The notes beneath the pieces are model-generated. The model worked only from the letters and a program-made list of their open reading frames with translations, was not told where the DNA came from and did not search any database. Position numbers and translations under genes: made by a program. From Thermoprotei archaeon (lineage in GTDB: Archaea > Thermoproteota > Thermoprotei > Thermoproteales > B15-G16): DNA of 64,000 nt. Shown here piece by piece: positions 20,477-29,927 of this stretch (positions are counted from its first letter, which is position 1; each line of letters opens with the position of its first letter). Location: the NCBI GenBank assembly GCA_003649205.1, contig QMRC01000006.1, forward strand, positions 13,190 through 77,189, given 5' to 3'.

Positions 20477-21214
20477 ATGGACTTAGTTATCAGGGTTGAT
20501 GAGGACTCAATACGTAGCTTATTTACGAGGTATGGTATTCGTGTTGTTAAGCACGTTGTGTTGCTACATAGGTTGCTTCGTGTTAAGTATGTTGTTGGGT
20601 GTGGGAATTCTGCTAGGTTCTGTGACTTGGTGTTTGATACATCTCTTCTTGAGGTGTTGAGAAATGGGTGGTATGTCCTTTTCTGTCTTCGTAGAGGGGT
20701 TGATGTTGAGGGTATTGTTTGTAAGATTGATGAGAATGTCCCGTATATTGTCTTTGGTGGTAAGTTACGGGGTGTTGATGTTCTTTCATTGATTAAGGGT
20801 CTCTATGTTGATTTAGTTGAGGAGTTTGGGTGCTATAGGTCGAAGGTGTTTAGATTTCTTAGGTCTATATCGCTTTCCTCAATTCTTAGAATGTTCATGA
20901 TACCACATCTATCACCTGTTAGGAGGGTTGATGTTGTTCGTAAGGAGGTAGTTGATAAGCTAGGTGCTGATAAGCTTCATGCAATCTCCATCATTGAGGA
21001 GGTAGTTGGTTTCTCTAGGGATGCTCTCGAGTTTAGAGTTCTTGAAGAGAGCGAGATTAGTTACCCAATGCTCTATGCTCTAGAGCGAAGTGGGAGAATT
21101 ACTGTATTTGACTTAGTTCGAGGTATTGAGGATCGTAGGTATGTAGTAATCCTCGAGAGAGATCAAGGGTATAGGGACTTCGTAGTTAATGCACTACGTG
21201 CTCAGAGGACCTAG
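20477..21214 (+). CDS. hypothetical protein
   Basis: 245-aa ORF, Val/Arg-rich, with no recognisable motif. Confidence 0.5.
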   Translation: MDLVIRVDEDSIRSLFTRYGIRVVKHVVLLHRLLRVKYVVGCGNSARFCDLVFDTSLLEVLRNGWYVLFCLRRGVDVEGIVCKIDENVPYIVFGGKLRGVDVLSLIKGLYVDLVEEFGCYRSKVFRFLRSISLSSILRMFMIPHLSPVRRVDVVRKEVVDKLGADKLHAISIIEEVVGFSRDALEFRVLEESEISYPMLYALERSGRITVFDLVRGIEDRRYVVILERDQGYRDFVVNALRAQRT

Positions 21215-21255
21215 CACACATCACCTATCAGCGTTGACTGCGTTCATCACTACTA
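21198..21255 (-). ncRNA. C/D box sRNA (dual guide)
   Basis: The minus strand reads GUGAUGA(C)-ACGCAGUCAACG(12)-CUGA(D')-UAG-GUGAUGU(C')-GUGCUAGGUCCU(12)-CUGA(D). In plus-strand coordinates the boxes are C 21244-21250, D' 21228-21231, C' 21218-21224 and D 21202-21205. It overlaps the 3' end of ORF 20477..21214 in antisense. Confidence 0.8.
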
Positions 21256-21347
21256 TGCTGTAGTTTAGGAGAAGAGTTTTTCTCTATACCTCTATCTGAC
21301 GCTATGGATAAGTACTTCCTAGTTGAGTTAGATTTTGGTGAACTGTA

Positions 21348-23135
21348 TTGAAATCTAGCTCACTACTCACTCTAGCTCTTTTATGTCTTTTCCTTGTACT
21401 TAATGTAGGTGTTGTTGAGCCGATTATCTGTAACGGGGAGGAGTCACCTGGTGCTGTAATGAGTACCTACGTCTCTAGTATTGACTTGGGTCCTGGTATT
21501 GTAGTCATGTATAGTGCTAATGAGTACGTACTTGTGTTGATTACTGAGCAACCGCCTAGGTACTTCTCTGAACCACTCCTCTATGTGTTGATCTATCTCG
21601 TGAATGCACGTACAGGTCGTGTAATTGAGAGTTACTCAGGAGTTCTAAATTTGAGGTCGCGTACATTTAGTTCCTTTTCAGGTAAGTTATTCTGGTACTT
21701 CTATCCTCTAGCTATACCGAAGGGATTGAATATAGGGGACACGATTGCTTTGTACAATGGGACTAGGTTTAGAGTCTATGGTGTGGTTACTAAGGTCTTG
21801 CGAATTGGTGAAGTGAGTTACCCTGTCAAGGGTATTCCGAGGATTAAGGGTAAGCGAGTGATGCTTCTTAGGTGCTTGATGTTGAGTAATGGTAGTGATG
21901 TCATGTATTTTGACGAGTTTTCAGGTATCTTCGTGGAAGGTACACTTAGACTTCATGGTAGAGTACTGAGGCTAAAGCTCATTGCGACTAATGTAAAGTG
22001 GAGAATTAGTGAGTACTCCATACTAATTGATTGGTATAGGTTGAGAGATTTCGTACTGGAGCTAGAGCGTAGGTATCGAGATTTAGTTCACGTTAACGTA
22101 ATAGGTCACTCAGTTCTTGGACGTGAAATCTACGTAGTTGAGCTAAATCCTGGGGCACGTTATACGATACTGATTACTGCGTGCATTCACGGTGATGAAG
22201 TTATCACAGCAGTTACCTGTCTACACACGCTCAAGAAACTATGCTCTCTAGTTCTGAACAATACAAGCTTTCGAGAAGAATTAATTAGATGCAATGTAGC
22301 TATAGCATTCATACCAATGCTAAATCCTGATGGTGTTGAACGTGCGAAAATTCAACCACCAAACTTCCTCTTCCTATACTCTAGATGTAATGCTAGGTAC
22401 GTAGATCTCAACAGAAACTTCCCACAGTACTGGTTAACAAAGTATACAGAGAAATGTGTATATGGTACGGTAACGTACAGAGGACCTAAACCAGCATCTG
22501 AACCCGAGACTAGAGCATTGATGAGGTATGTTGAGAGTAGAGATGTGGTGCTCCATATTGATCTCCATTCAGGTATTAAGCTTATACTAGTACCATATGA
22601 GAATAGTGTACGTGACAAAGTACTTAAGGAATTGATTCATGAAGTAGCTTCATCACTAAGTATAAAGGTAGTGCTAACAGCTCCTTCTGGAGAAGCTATT
22701 TGGTGGACCTACCTAGGCGTAGAACCCACTAAAAGAGCACTATCGCTAATATATGAGATCTATCATGGTGAAGGTAAGGAAGACTACTTCCAAATATACA
22801 ATCCAGTATCTAAAGAGGAAATAGAGAAAGTATGCGAGGAAACTTCTCAAGTACTCATCACAATAATTAGAAAGACCTTGAGAAATCTAGATGAAATAAT
22901 TAAGATCAGAAAAGAGATCTCAACAAAGACAAAATATAGAGGTACTGCATTAGAGAGCCACAAAGTAGAGGAGACGAAGCAAATAACCTACATAGCAGCT
23001 TTAACCTTAGCACCAATCCTCACAGTGATAATAGCTGTAGTGATTATGAAGTACGTAAAATCGTCACGAAACAACAAGGTATTTAAGGAGTACCTCAGTA
23101 GTGTGGAGGGGGGCCGAGGGCTAAGGTACCCCTAA
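21348..23135 (+). CDS. secreted/membrane-anchored M14 zinc carboxypeptidase
   Basis: Signal-like N-terminus. The M14 motifs are present: CIHGDEVIT (HxxE), NRNF and DLHSG. There is a C-terminal TM anchor (LAPILTVIIAVVIMKYV). Confidence 0.75.
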   Translation: MKSSSLLTLALLCLFLVLNVGVVEPIICNGEESPGAVMSTYVSSIDLGPGIVVMYSANEYVLVLITEQPPRYFSEPLLYVLIYLVNARTGRVIESYSGVLNLRSRTFSSFSGKLFWYFYPLAIPKGLNIGDTIALYNGTRFRVYGVVTKVLRIGEVSYPVKGIPRIKGKRVMLLRCLMLSNGSDVMYFDEFSGIFVEGTLRLHGRVLRLKLIATNVKWRISEYSILIDWYRLRDFVLELERRYRDLVHVNVIGHSVLGREIYVVELNPGARYTILITACIHGDEVITAVTCLHTLKKLCSLVLNNTSFREELIRCNVAIAFIPMLNPDGVERAKIQPPNFLFLYSRCNARYVDLNRNFPQYWLTKYTEKCVYGTVTYRGPKPASEPETRALMRYVESRDVVLHIDLHSGIKLILVPYENSVRDKVLKELIHEVASSLSIKVVLTAPSGEAIWWTYLGVEPTKRALSLIYEIYHGEGKEDYFQIYNPVSKEEIEKVCEETSQVLITIIRKTLRNLDEIIKIRKEISTKTKYRGTALESHKVEETKQITYIAALTLAPILTVIIAVVIMKYVKSSRNNKVFKEYLSSVEGGRGLRYP

Positions 23136-23166
23136 CCAGGGGGTTGCCTCTACGCCCTCGGCTCCC
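23109..23166. other. GC-rich 13-bp stem / internal hairpin structure (possible structured RNA)
   Basis: GGGGGCCGAGGGC (23109-23121) pairs with GCCCUCGGCUCCC (23154-23166), with one G-U pair. An inner CCCC-UAACCA-GGGG hairpin lies within. This is one of only two strongly GC-rich islands I saw in the window. Confidence 0.35.
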
Positions 23167-23188
23167 TACACAAGTTCTCACAAGTTCT

Positions 23189-23785
23189 CTATGATGAAAG
23201 TACGTAGAGTAGGTATATCAGATCTGTGAGTATTAACATGTCCCCCGCTCTTTTCCCTAGACCTAAATCCTCTACCTGTTTGACTAGGTCTTCTAGTTCT
23301 GTTTCTAGTGGTATTGACCACTTGCTAATGAATTTACAGAGTTTAATTGCTAGTTCTGATGTGTATCTACTACTTAGCTTAAGTACGTGCTCTAGCTGCC
23401 ATACATAGAACTCTAGCTTTTTGCTCTTCTCCATAATTGTTATCTTAGCTAGTGGTTTGTAGCCTCTCTGTAGTAGGATTACGAGTGATAGTAGGAGTAA
23501 GGGAGTTAGTATGCCTGGTGTGCACAGTATATCGAGTACTGGGTTTTGCTCTATTGCTGACTTCACTATCGCTAGAACATCCGCTAGTAATTTGATGAAG
23601 CCTCTATCTAGTGAGAGTATGTGGATGCAGATCCTATGTTGTAGGGAGCTTGTGCTTAGCGTGCTCTCTGTCTTCTCTTGCTGTAGTGTTATGACTATTG
23701 TTCTCGGTAGATGTCTCTCCTCTATCTGTTTAATTAACTTCTCTGCGTCTGCTATGTGATCGCTGACTACGAGGTATGAGAACAC
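23189..23785 (-). CDS. hypothetical protein
   Basis: 198-aa ORF with no recognisable motif. Confidence 0.45.
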   Translation of the reverse strand: MFSYLVVSDHIADAEKLIKQIEERHLPRTIVITLQQEKTESTLSTSSLQHRICIHILSLDRGFIKLLADVLAIVKSAIEQNPVLDILCTPGILTPLLLLSLVILLQRGYKPLAKITIMEKSKKLEFYVWQLEHVLKLSSRYTSELAIKLCKFISKWSIPLETELEDLVKQVEDLGLGKRAGDMLILTDLIYLLYVLSS

Positions 23786-23788
23786 GTA

Positions 23789-24001
23789 CTACACCTTTTG
23801 TATTTGTTTCTCCTGTGATTGTGGTCTAAAACCTCTTATATATGGACACCAGTCTAACGTCCATGGGTGTACAGGTCTCAGCTTGATTGGTCTTCTACCG
23901 TATTTCTCCTCTATTCTCCTAATGCATTCCGAAGGTCCTATTGGACAGATCTCACATCTCTTATCTATCTTCTTTGGTCTCTTCATGGTGTTTATCACCA
24001 T
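23789..24001 (-). CDS. small Cys-containing hypothetical protein
   Basis: 70 aa, basic (KRCEICPIGPSECIRRIE..). It is immediately upstream of 23189..23785 on the same strand. Confidence 0.4.
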   Translation of the reverse strand: MVINTMKRPKKIDKRCEICPIGPSECIRRIEEKYGRRPIKLRPVHPWTLDWCPYIRGFRPQSQEKQIQKV

Positions 24002-24058
24002 TCTCTTGGCTTTACCTATATATTGAGCACTTGATTTATTTAGTTTCTCGGTGTTACT

Positions 24059-24391
24059 ATGGTTCTTGAGTTACTTAGCTCTGTACTCACCAATCCTCGT
24101 GTAGTGATTGTTGCTCTCATTCAGTTTGCTCTTGGTTTTGCTCTTGGGTACCTAATGGTTAGGGTTGCTAAGTACTTACTCGCTTTAATTGCTATTTTTG
24201 TTCTTGGTACTGTTCTCAATGTTTGGTCTCTTGGTGGTAGTGTTGAGCAGGTGTTGAAAGAGCTTGGTCTTTATGCTGTGAAGGTCAAGGATGTTGTGCT
24301 TAGGTTCCTTCATGTATTGGGTCTCTTGGTTGTAGGTCCTCTAACTCTTGGTTTTTTAGTTGGTTTGTTAGTTGGTGTCTTGAGGAGGTAG
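24059..24391 (+). CDS. small membrane protein
   Basis: 110 aa with 3-4 hydrophobic helices. It directly precedes the moaB-moaE-like gene. Confidence 0.5.
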   Translation: MVLELLSSVLTNPRVVIVALIQFALGFALGYLMVRVAKYLLALIAIFVLGTVLNVWSLGGSVEQVLKELGLYAVKVKDVVLRFLHVLGLLVVGPLTLGFLVGLLVGVLRR

Positions 24392-24395
24392 TTCG

Positions 24396-25259
24396 ATGAA
24401 GTTAGTCTTGGTTGTTGTTAGTGATGTTGTTTATCTAGATCGTTCAAGGGATAGGGTTGCTGATTGTGTTCGTGAAGTGCTGAGGGATTTTCCTGATGTT
24501 GTGCTGACTGAAGTGCTCTATGTGCCTAATGATGTTGCTGAGATTAGGAGGGCTGTTGTTGAGGGTTGTCGTTTAGGTGATGTTGTTGTTGTTTGTGGTG
24601 GTACTGGTGTTGGTGTTTGGGATGTGAGTGTTGAGGCTGTTAAGCCACTCTTTGATAGGGAGTTAAGTGGTTTTGGTGAGTACTTTCGATATGTATCGCT
24701 TAGGCAGGTTGGTGCTAGGGCTGTTCTCTCTCGGGCTGTAGCTGGTGTTGTTGGTAATTCTATTGTGTACGTGATTCCAGGTAGTCCTGAAGCTGTGTCA
24801 TTAGCTCTTCGTGAGATAATCATTGAGATTTCTAGACATATCCTTGATTTACTTCGTGGTGTTAAACATTGGGAGATAGGTAATTGCATTGTATTTGTTA
24901 GAGATAGGTTGAGGGTACAGGATTTGCTTGCAGTCAATAGGGTTGTCTACTCATTGACTAGAGGTTCGGGTTGTGTTGTTTCGTTTACAGGTGTTGTCAA
25001 GGAGAGAGTTGGTGAAAGGATCGTTAAGTCTCTTCGTGTGGAGATTGATGTGAAAGAATTTGAGAATTTTTGTAGAAAGTTAGCTAGTGAACGTAGGTGC
25101 TCTATTGTAGCTGCTCTCTCACTTGGTGAGTTGATGCCTGGTGACTTCATTATTCACGTTGCTGTTATAGCTGAGAGCAGGCAGGTTGGTTTTTCTGTCT
25201 TAAGGGAAATTGTCGAGTTTTATAAGTCGAAGGGTATTAAGAAGGAGATAGTGGTCTAG
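24396..25259 (+). CDS. MoaB/MogA-domain protein fused to a MoaE-like domain
   Basis: The N-terminal half has CGGTGVGVWDVSVEAV, SGFGEYFRYVS, LSRAVAG and VIPGSPEA (MoaB/Mog family). The C-terminal half is FTGVVKER..SLRVEIDVKEF..LGELMPGDFIIHVAVIAESRQVGF..YKSKGIKKEI, which follows MoaE block order but has the usual HR/HR/WKKE residues substituted. Confidence 0.7.
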   Translation: MKLVLVVVSDVVYLDRSRDRVADCVREVLRDFPDVVLTEVLYVPNDVAEIRRAVVEGCRLGDVVVVCGGTGVGVWDVSVEAVKPLFDRELSGFGEYFRYVSLRQVGARAVLSRAVAGVVGNSIVYVIPGSPEAVSLALREIIIEISRHILDLLRGVKHWEIGNCIVFVRDRLRVQDLLAVNRVVYSLTRGSGCVVSFTGVVKERVGERIVKSLRVEIDVKEFENFCRKLASERRCSIVAALSLGELMPGDFIIHVAVIAESRQVGFSVLREIVEFYKSKGIKKEIVV

Positions 25260-25729
25260 GCCGTATTCTGTACGTTCATGAATTTCTTCTGCTTTTCCAG
25301 TACTCTGATACTCGTGATCTCAGTATAGGGGTATTGTCCGCTCTCATCCTTCTCATACTTCTTGACCATATCCCAAATCGCTATTAACGCCATTGCTGTC
25401 GCTACAAGCGCTTCCATTTCAACACCTGTCTTAGCAATAGCCTTGACCCTACACCTAACCACTACTTCACAGGTCTCCTCTCGTATCTCAATATCGGTAT
25501 CAACACTCGTTATAGGTATTGGGTGACAGAGGGGTACTAGCTCCGAAGTCTTCTTAGCAGCGAGGATAGCTGCTATCTTTGCCACTGAGATAACGTCACC
25601 TTTCTCTACCTGTCCCTTCTTGATAAGCTCCAGTGTGCTTGGTCTAAGTCTTATCCTACCTTCTGCAATAGCTTCTCGGTAAGTAACCTCCTTAGAACTA
25701 ATATCAACCATCTTGACACACATACGCAT
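25256..25729 (-). CDS. moaC: cyclic pyranopterin monophosphate synthase MoaC
   Basis: MVDISSKEVTYREAIAEGRI.., LVPLCHPIP and GVEMEALVA are typical MoaC blocks. Confidence 0.9.
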   Translation of the reverse strand: MRMCVKMVDISSKEVTYREAIAEGRIRLRPSTLELIKKGQVEKGDVISVAKIAAILAAKKTSELVPLCHPIPITSVDTDIEIREETCEVVVRCRVKAIAKTGVEMEALVATAMALIAIWDMVKKYEKDESGQYPYTEITSIRVLEKQKKFMNVQNTA

Positions 25730-26671
25730 TCACCTCGTGAAGTATGGTCTTCTCAACTTATTAGCTACCTCTATCCTCTTCATAACCTCAAGAACCTTCT
25801 CCTCAGGAGAAAGATTTGAGTAGAGTACGGGTGCTAGATCAACTTCAGGTTCTCGAAAGAGACAAGTCTTTAGCTTAGCATCGTGAGTCACCCTTATCCT
25901 TGTACAACGTGAACAGAACTCCGGATTCCTGTAAGACATTATCAATTCAACTCTTGTCCCTGTAGGGAGTATGTATACAGGTCTATTGTGAAGTTCTCTT
26001 CTAAGGACTTTAGTAGCTACCTTCTCGAGGTAAAGTGCTAGATCTCTTAAGCTCACATAGTACCTACTGAAGACTGTAGGGTTGAGATTTAGAGGTATTA
26101 ACTCTATGATAGCTACATTAATACCTCTCTCACTGAAGTAGTTAATCATATGTTTTAACTCGTTATCGTTAATCCCTCGTAAAGCAACTACATTAACCTT
26201 AACCCTCAATCCATGGTCAAGAGCTAATTCTATACCGTGGAGTACTCTATTCAAGGCATCGACACCTGTAGCAACTCTGTACTTCTCTCTACTTAGCGAG
26301 TGAATACTAACATTGACTCTATCTAGACCAGCATCAACTAAGCTACGAACGTAGTTAGGTAGGTAGTACCCATTTGTTACCAGCGATACCTCACCAAGAC
26401 CTCTAACCTTGAAGATCCTCACAATATCTACTACATCAGGTCTAATAAGTGGTTCACCACCAGTTAACTTGAAGTACTTAATACCCAACCTCTTAGCAGC
26501 TTCAGCAAGGATCTCAAAATCAGTAACTCTTAGTAAGTCAGTACCATAGCTCTCACCTTCTCTATGGCAGAAGAAACACCTGTAGTTGCACCTAGAGGTA
26601 ATGGAGATCCTCATATGAGTTAGAGGTCTACCATATACATCGATGAGTACCATGGTGCTGTCCTCCTTCAA
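25730..26671 (-). CDS. moaA: GTP 3',8-cyclase MoaA (radical SAM)
   Basis: CNYRCFFC radical-SAM triad, LTGGEPL, and a C-terminal CSRCTRIRVTHDAKLKTCLF second cluster. Confidence 0.9.
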   Translation of the reverse strand: MKEDSTMVLIDVYGRPLTHMRISITSRCNYRCFFCHREGESYGTDLLRVTDFEILAEAAKRLGIKYFKLTGGEPLIRPDVVDIVRIFKVRGLGEVSLVTNGYYLPNYVRSLVDAGLDRVNVSIHSLSREKYRVATGVDALNRVLHGIELALDHGLRVKVNVVALRGINDNELKHMINYFSERGINVAIIELIPLNLNPTVFSRYYVSLRDLALYLEKVATKVLRRELHNRPVYILPTGTRVELIMSYRNPEFCSRCTRIRVTHDAKLKTCLFREPEVDLAPVLYSNLSPEEKVLEVMKRIEVANKLRRPYFTR

Positions 26672-26725
26672 GCACTCACAACATAGACCAAGCTACAATG
26701 TAAAAAATAAGTATTAACGCAATTG

Positions 26726-28702
26726 CTAGGCTTCAAAGATCACGGTACCAGTATCCCTATGCACCTTGTAACCCGAGTACTCCCTTATTAATTCTTTAAA
26801 TGCGGAACTACCCATGAACTCTACCACATTCCTAATGTATTTCTCGCTCATAGCTGATCTACTGATGACTAAGTCAAAAACCTCATCTGCTACGTACTTG
26901 AAGCCTAGACCATACTTCTCAGCTACGTACCTTATACCGAATCCAACATCTGCTCTACCCTGTGCTATCGCAATTGCAACAGCTTCATGAGTAGTGAACT
27001 CTACGTGGAATCCCTTAATCCTAGAAGCTAGTTCCTTAGGCTCCATACCTAGTTCCTCAGCTTCTTTACGTAGGATCTCCTCGATCAGTACTCTAGTACC
27101 GGAACCTCGATTCCTATTTACAAATCTCAAACCCAAATCCACTATATCTCTGAATGAGCTCACCTTACCCGCCAGATCCCTTCTAAATATGAAACCTTGC
27201 TCCCTAACGTAACCTCTAACGACAACGACATCACGTAGACCTAACCTACGTACGTACGGTACATTGAACTCCATAGTCTCCGGATCTAGGAGATGTGAAC
27301 CAGCCACATCACAGCCACCATGGAGAAGTGCTCTAAGACCTCCTAAACTACCTACGTAAATCAGCTTTACATTAGGACCTAGGACCTTTCTAAGGATCCT
27401 CTCAGCTAACGGACAGTGACTACCGATGTACAGTACGTCACTTATGCTAAGTTGCTGATTTATGAGAATTACGTCAACCAACGTACCGCGTTTAATGACT
27501 TCAGTACTCGGTTCAGTAAGGATAAAACCATCACAAGAGAGAAAGTGAGCTATCGAGCTACTCTTGATCGGTATTGGGTACGCAAGTAATTCATTTCCAC
27601 GTCTACTCACTACTACTGGCACTACACGTCTAAAACCAATTATTCCCCTCACTTCTGTTAGTAACCTAGCTCTCACAGTAGGTCCTTCTGAAGAGAATCT
27701 CGCACCAGCAAGCTTCATGAGAACTGGCTCAACAACTAGCCTATAGGCTATGTAGCATGATACTGGGAAACCTGGTAGACCAAAAACTACCTTATCACCT
27801 ACCACAGCTACAATAGTTGGCTTACCAGGTCTAAGCTTAACACCGTGAGCTACTATGCCTGGTTCATACTGACTTAGTACTCTGTAGGTTATGTCATCTA
27901 CCCCTGCTGAAGTACCAGCAATGATGAGAACTGCATCCACTTCATCAAGTACTTCGTCTAAAACTGCTTTGAGCTTACTAACCTCATCAGGGACAATACC
28001 TTTGAGTACGTAAGTGAAACACCTCCTGCTAGTGAGTAATGAAGCTAGTAGGTAAGTATCTACATCGTATATACACCAAGATTCCAGCTCTGTTCCTGGA
28101 GGTCGAATTTCCCTACCTGTTGCTATGATAGCAACACGAACGCGCTGAAATACCTTAACCTTCCTGATACCTGTTGCAGCAAATAACGCTACATGTGCTG
28201 GAGTAATAACCGTACCTCTCTCAGCAAGTAGCTGCCCTCTGACAACGTCTGAAGCGGCAAAATCAATGTTCTCACCAGGTGCCACTCTACGGCGAATGAA
28301 TACAGTATCGTTACTCACTTCATCACAATACTCAACAGGTACTACAGCATCTGCTGGGTACGGTATAGGTGCACCAGTTGCTACTTCAACACATTCACCT
28401 CTACTGAAGGTAGGTGGTTGAGAAGCAACACCAATACGAGCGATAACCCTCAGAGGTACAGGTCTATCCTCCTGCGCTCTCGCAACGTCAAGAGCACACA
28501 CAGCATAACCATCAACTAAACTCCTATCGAAGGGAGGTACATCAGAAGGGGCGTAGACATCTTCAGCTAGGACCCTACCAATGGCATCCTCAATAGGTAC
28601 CTCCTCAATACCCTTTGGAGATAACCTAACATACCTCTCCACTATATCGAGTACCTCTCTGTAATCAACTAACCTGTGGAAGACCTTCCTCGACATGACC
28701 AT
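26726..28702 (-). CDS. moeA: molybdopterin molybdenumtransferase MoeA fused to a C-terminal periplasmic-binding-protein-like domain
   Basis: MoeA N-terminal and MPT-binding domains (..FDRSLVDGYAV.., IIAGTSAG) are followed by about 230 extra residues resembling the PBP-like domain found on archaeal MoeA proteins. Confidence 0.85.
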   Translation of the reverse strand: MVMSRKVFHRLVDYREVLDIVERYVRLSPKGIEEVPIEDAIGRVLAEDVYAPSDVPPFDRSLVDGYAVCALDVARAQEDRPVPLRVIARIGVASQPPTFSRGECVEVATGAPIPYPADAVVPVEYCDEVSNDTVFIRRRVAPGENIDFAASDVVRGQLLAERGTVITPAHVALFAATGIRKVKVFQRVRVAIIATGREIRPPGTELESWCIYDVDTYLLASLLTSRRCFTYVLKGIVPDEVSKLKAVLDEVLDEVDAVLIIAGTSAGVDDITYRVLSQYEPGIVAHGVKLRPGKPTIVAVVGDKVVFGLPGFPVSCYIAYRLVVEPVLMKLAGARFSSEGPTVRARLLTEVRGIIGFRRVVPVVVSRRGNELLAYPIPIKSSSIAHFLSCDGFILTEPSTEVIKRGTLVDVILINQQLSISDVLYIGSHCPLAERILRKVLGPNVKLIYVGSLGGLRALLHGGCDVAGSHLLDPETMEFNVPYVRRLGLRDVVVVRGYVREQGFIFRRDLAGKVSSFRDIVDLGLRFVNRNRGSGTRVLIEEILRKEAEELGMEPKELASRIKGFHVEFTTHEAVAIAIAQGRADVGFGIRYVAEKYGLGFKYVADEVFDLVISRSAMSEKYIRNVVEFMGSSAFKELIREYSGYKVHRDTGTVIFEA

Positions 28703-29927
28703 AGAGAGTCACCTCAACAACATCACCAACATCATAACCCTCAACATCTTCAGGAACAACGAGGTACCCATTACCTAGGACCAAGCTACGTAGTGACCCA
28801 GAACCACCGACCATGATGGGCTCAATAAAGTACTCACTACTAATACGACGAACAATAACGCGAACAAAGCACCTATAACCAACAACACCAGCAACCTTCT
28901 TAACCAACTTACCACGAACAACAGCTCTAGGAGGAGCTCTAACACCTAACCACTTGATTAAGATACTCCTCAAAATAAGCTCTAGAACAGCTAACGCAGC
29001 AACAGGTAGACCACTCATAGCAATAACCAACCTACCATCAACAGAGCTGACACAGGTAGTCCTTCCAGGTCTAATAGCTAGTCCATGCACCATGTACTCA
29101 GGTTCAAGCAACTTAATAGCCTTAACGCTGTAGTCCTTCCTACCTAGAGCAGTACCACCCACAATCAGCACCACGGAGTAATCACGAGAAATAAACTCTT
29201 TGACCTTACTAACAATTATACTCGTGTCATCAGGTACTACACAGGTAGTAACCTCAGTAAACCAGTTCTCACGTAGCCAACCAACGATCAGCCACATGGT
29301 GTAAGGTATTGCTAGACTTCGAACAAACTCGTCACCAGTAATGACAACACCGCACTTAAGGTCGTAGACCTCAATTGAGGAAAGACCTTGTGAGGAGAGA
29401 GCAGCTAGGTGCCAAGGCCTAATGACATCACCTACACTTACTATGGTATCCCCAGTACTAAGCTCCTCCCCAACCAGAGACACATTACCGTACTTCGGAA
29501 CACTGCGGTACACAGCAACAGTACCATCAGCAACCTCAACATCCTCAAGCCTAACAACAGCATCTGCACCACGAGGAAGGTAACCACCAGTCTCTATCAA
29601 GACACACTCACCTTCACGAAGCTCAAAATTAGGAAGTTCACATGCGTGAACTACCTCATTACTCCTTAACTTAAGGTAGATGGGATTCACCTCACTAGCA
29701 TGAGCAACATCACTAGACCTAACAGCAACACCATCCATAGTAGCCTTTAGGTGGGGCGGTATAGGTTTGCTACAGGTAATCGTACAGCTAGACACCTTAC
29801 CCAATGCATGTAGTAGATCTAGAGTACATGAAGGAGGTAAATGTAGATACTTCACAACTTCACTAACCACCTCATCAACTCTAGCGAATCTACCTAGTAC
29901 CTCCACACCAACCCCCCTACCTAACAA
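28665..29927 (-). CDS. MoeA paralog (molybdopterin molybdenumtransferase family)
   Basis: ..MDGVAVRS.., VVITGDE, IVGGTALGRKDY and GLAIRPGRTT follow MoeA domain order. It overlaps the downstream moeA gene. Confidence 0.8.
   Translation of the reverse strand: MLGRGVGVEVLGRFARVDEVVSEVVKYLHLPPSCTLDLLHALGKVSSCTITCSKPIPPHLKATMDGVAVRSSDVAHASEVNPIYLKLRSNEVVHACELPNFELREGECVLIETGGYLPRGADAVVRLEDVEVADGTVAVYRSVPKYGNVSLVGEELSTGDTIVSVGDVIRPWHLAALSSQGLSSIEVYDLKCGVVITGDEFVRSLAIPYTMWLIVGWLRENWFTEVTTCVVPDDTSIIVSKVKEFISRDYSVVLIVGGTALGRKDYSVKAIKLLEPEYMVHGLAIRPGRTTCVSSVDGRLVIAMSGLPVAALAVLELILRSILIKWLGVRAPPRAVVRGKLVKKVAGVVGYRCFVRVIVRRISSEYFIEPIMVGGSGSLRSLVLGNGYLVVPEDVEGYDVGDVVEVTLYGHVEEGLPQVS

Noticed and set aside
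23109-23172. Reading the GC-rich stem-loop as an H/ACA guide RNA (ACA 1-2 nt after the stem).
   Set aside because: The geometry does not fit. The lower stem is 13 bp and the 3' pocket strand is about 10 nt, which places the ACA about 24 nt from the upper stem instead of about 14-16. The upper stem is only 4-5 bp and has no K-turn or K-loop GA motif. I keep it only as an unexplained structure.
23191-23197. AUGAUGA C-box-like heptamer next to the GC hairpin.
   Set aside because: No D' or D box lies at the appropriate spacing. The sequence is simply the last codons (..SS*) of the minus-strand ORF 23189..23785.
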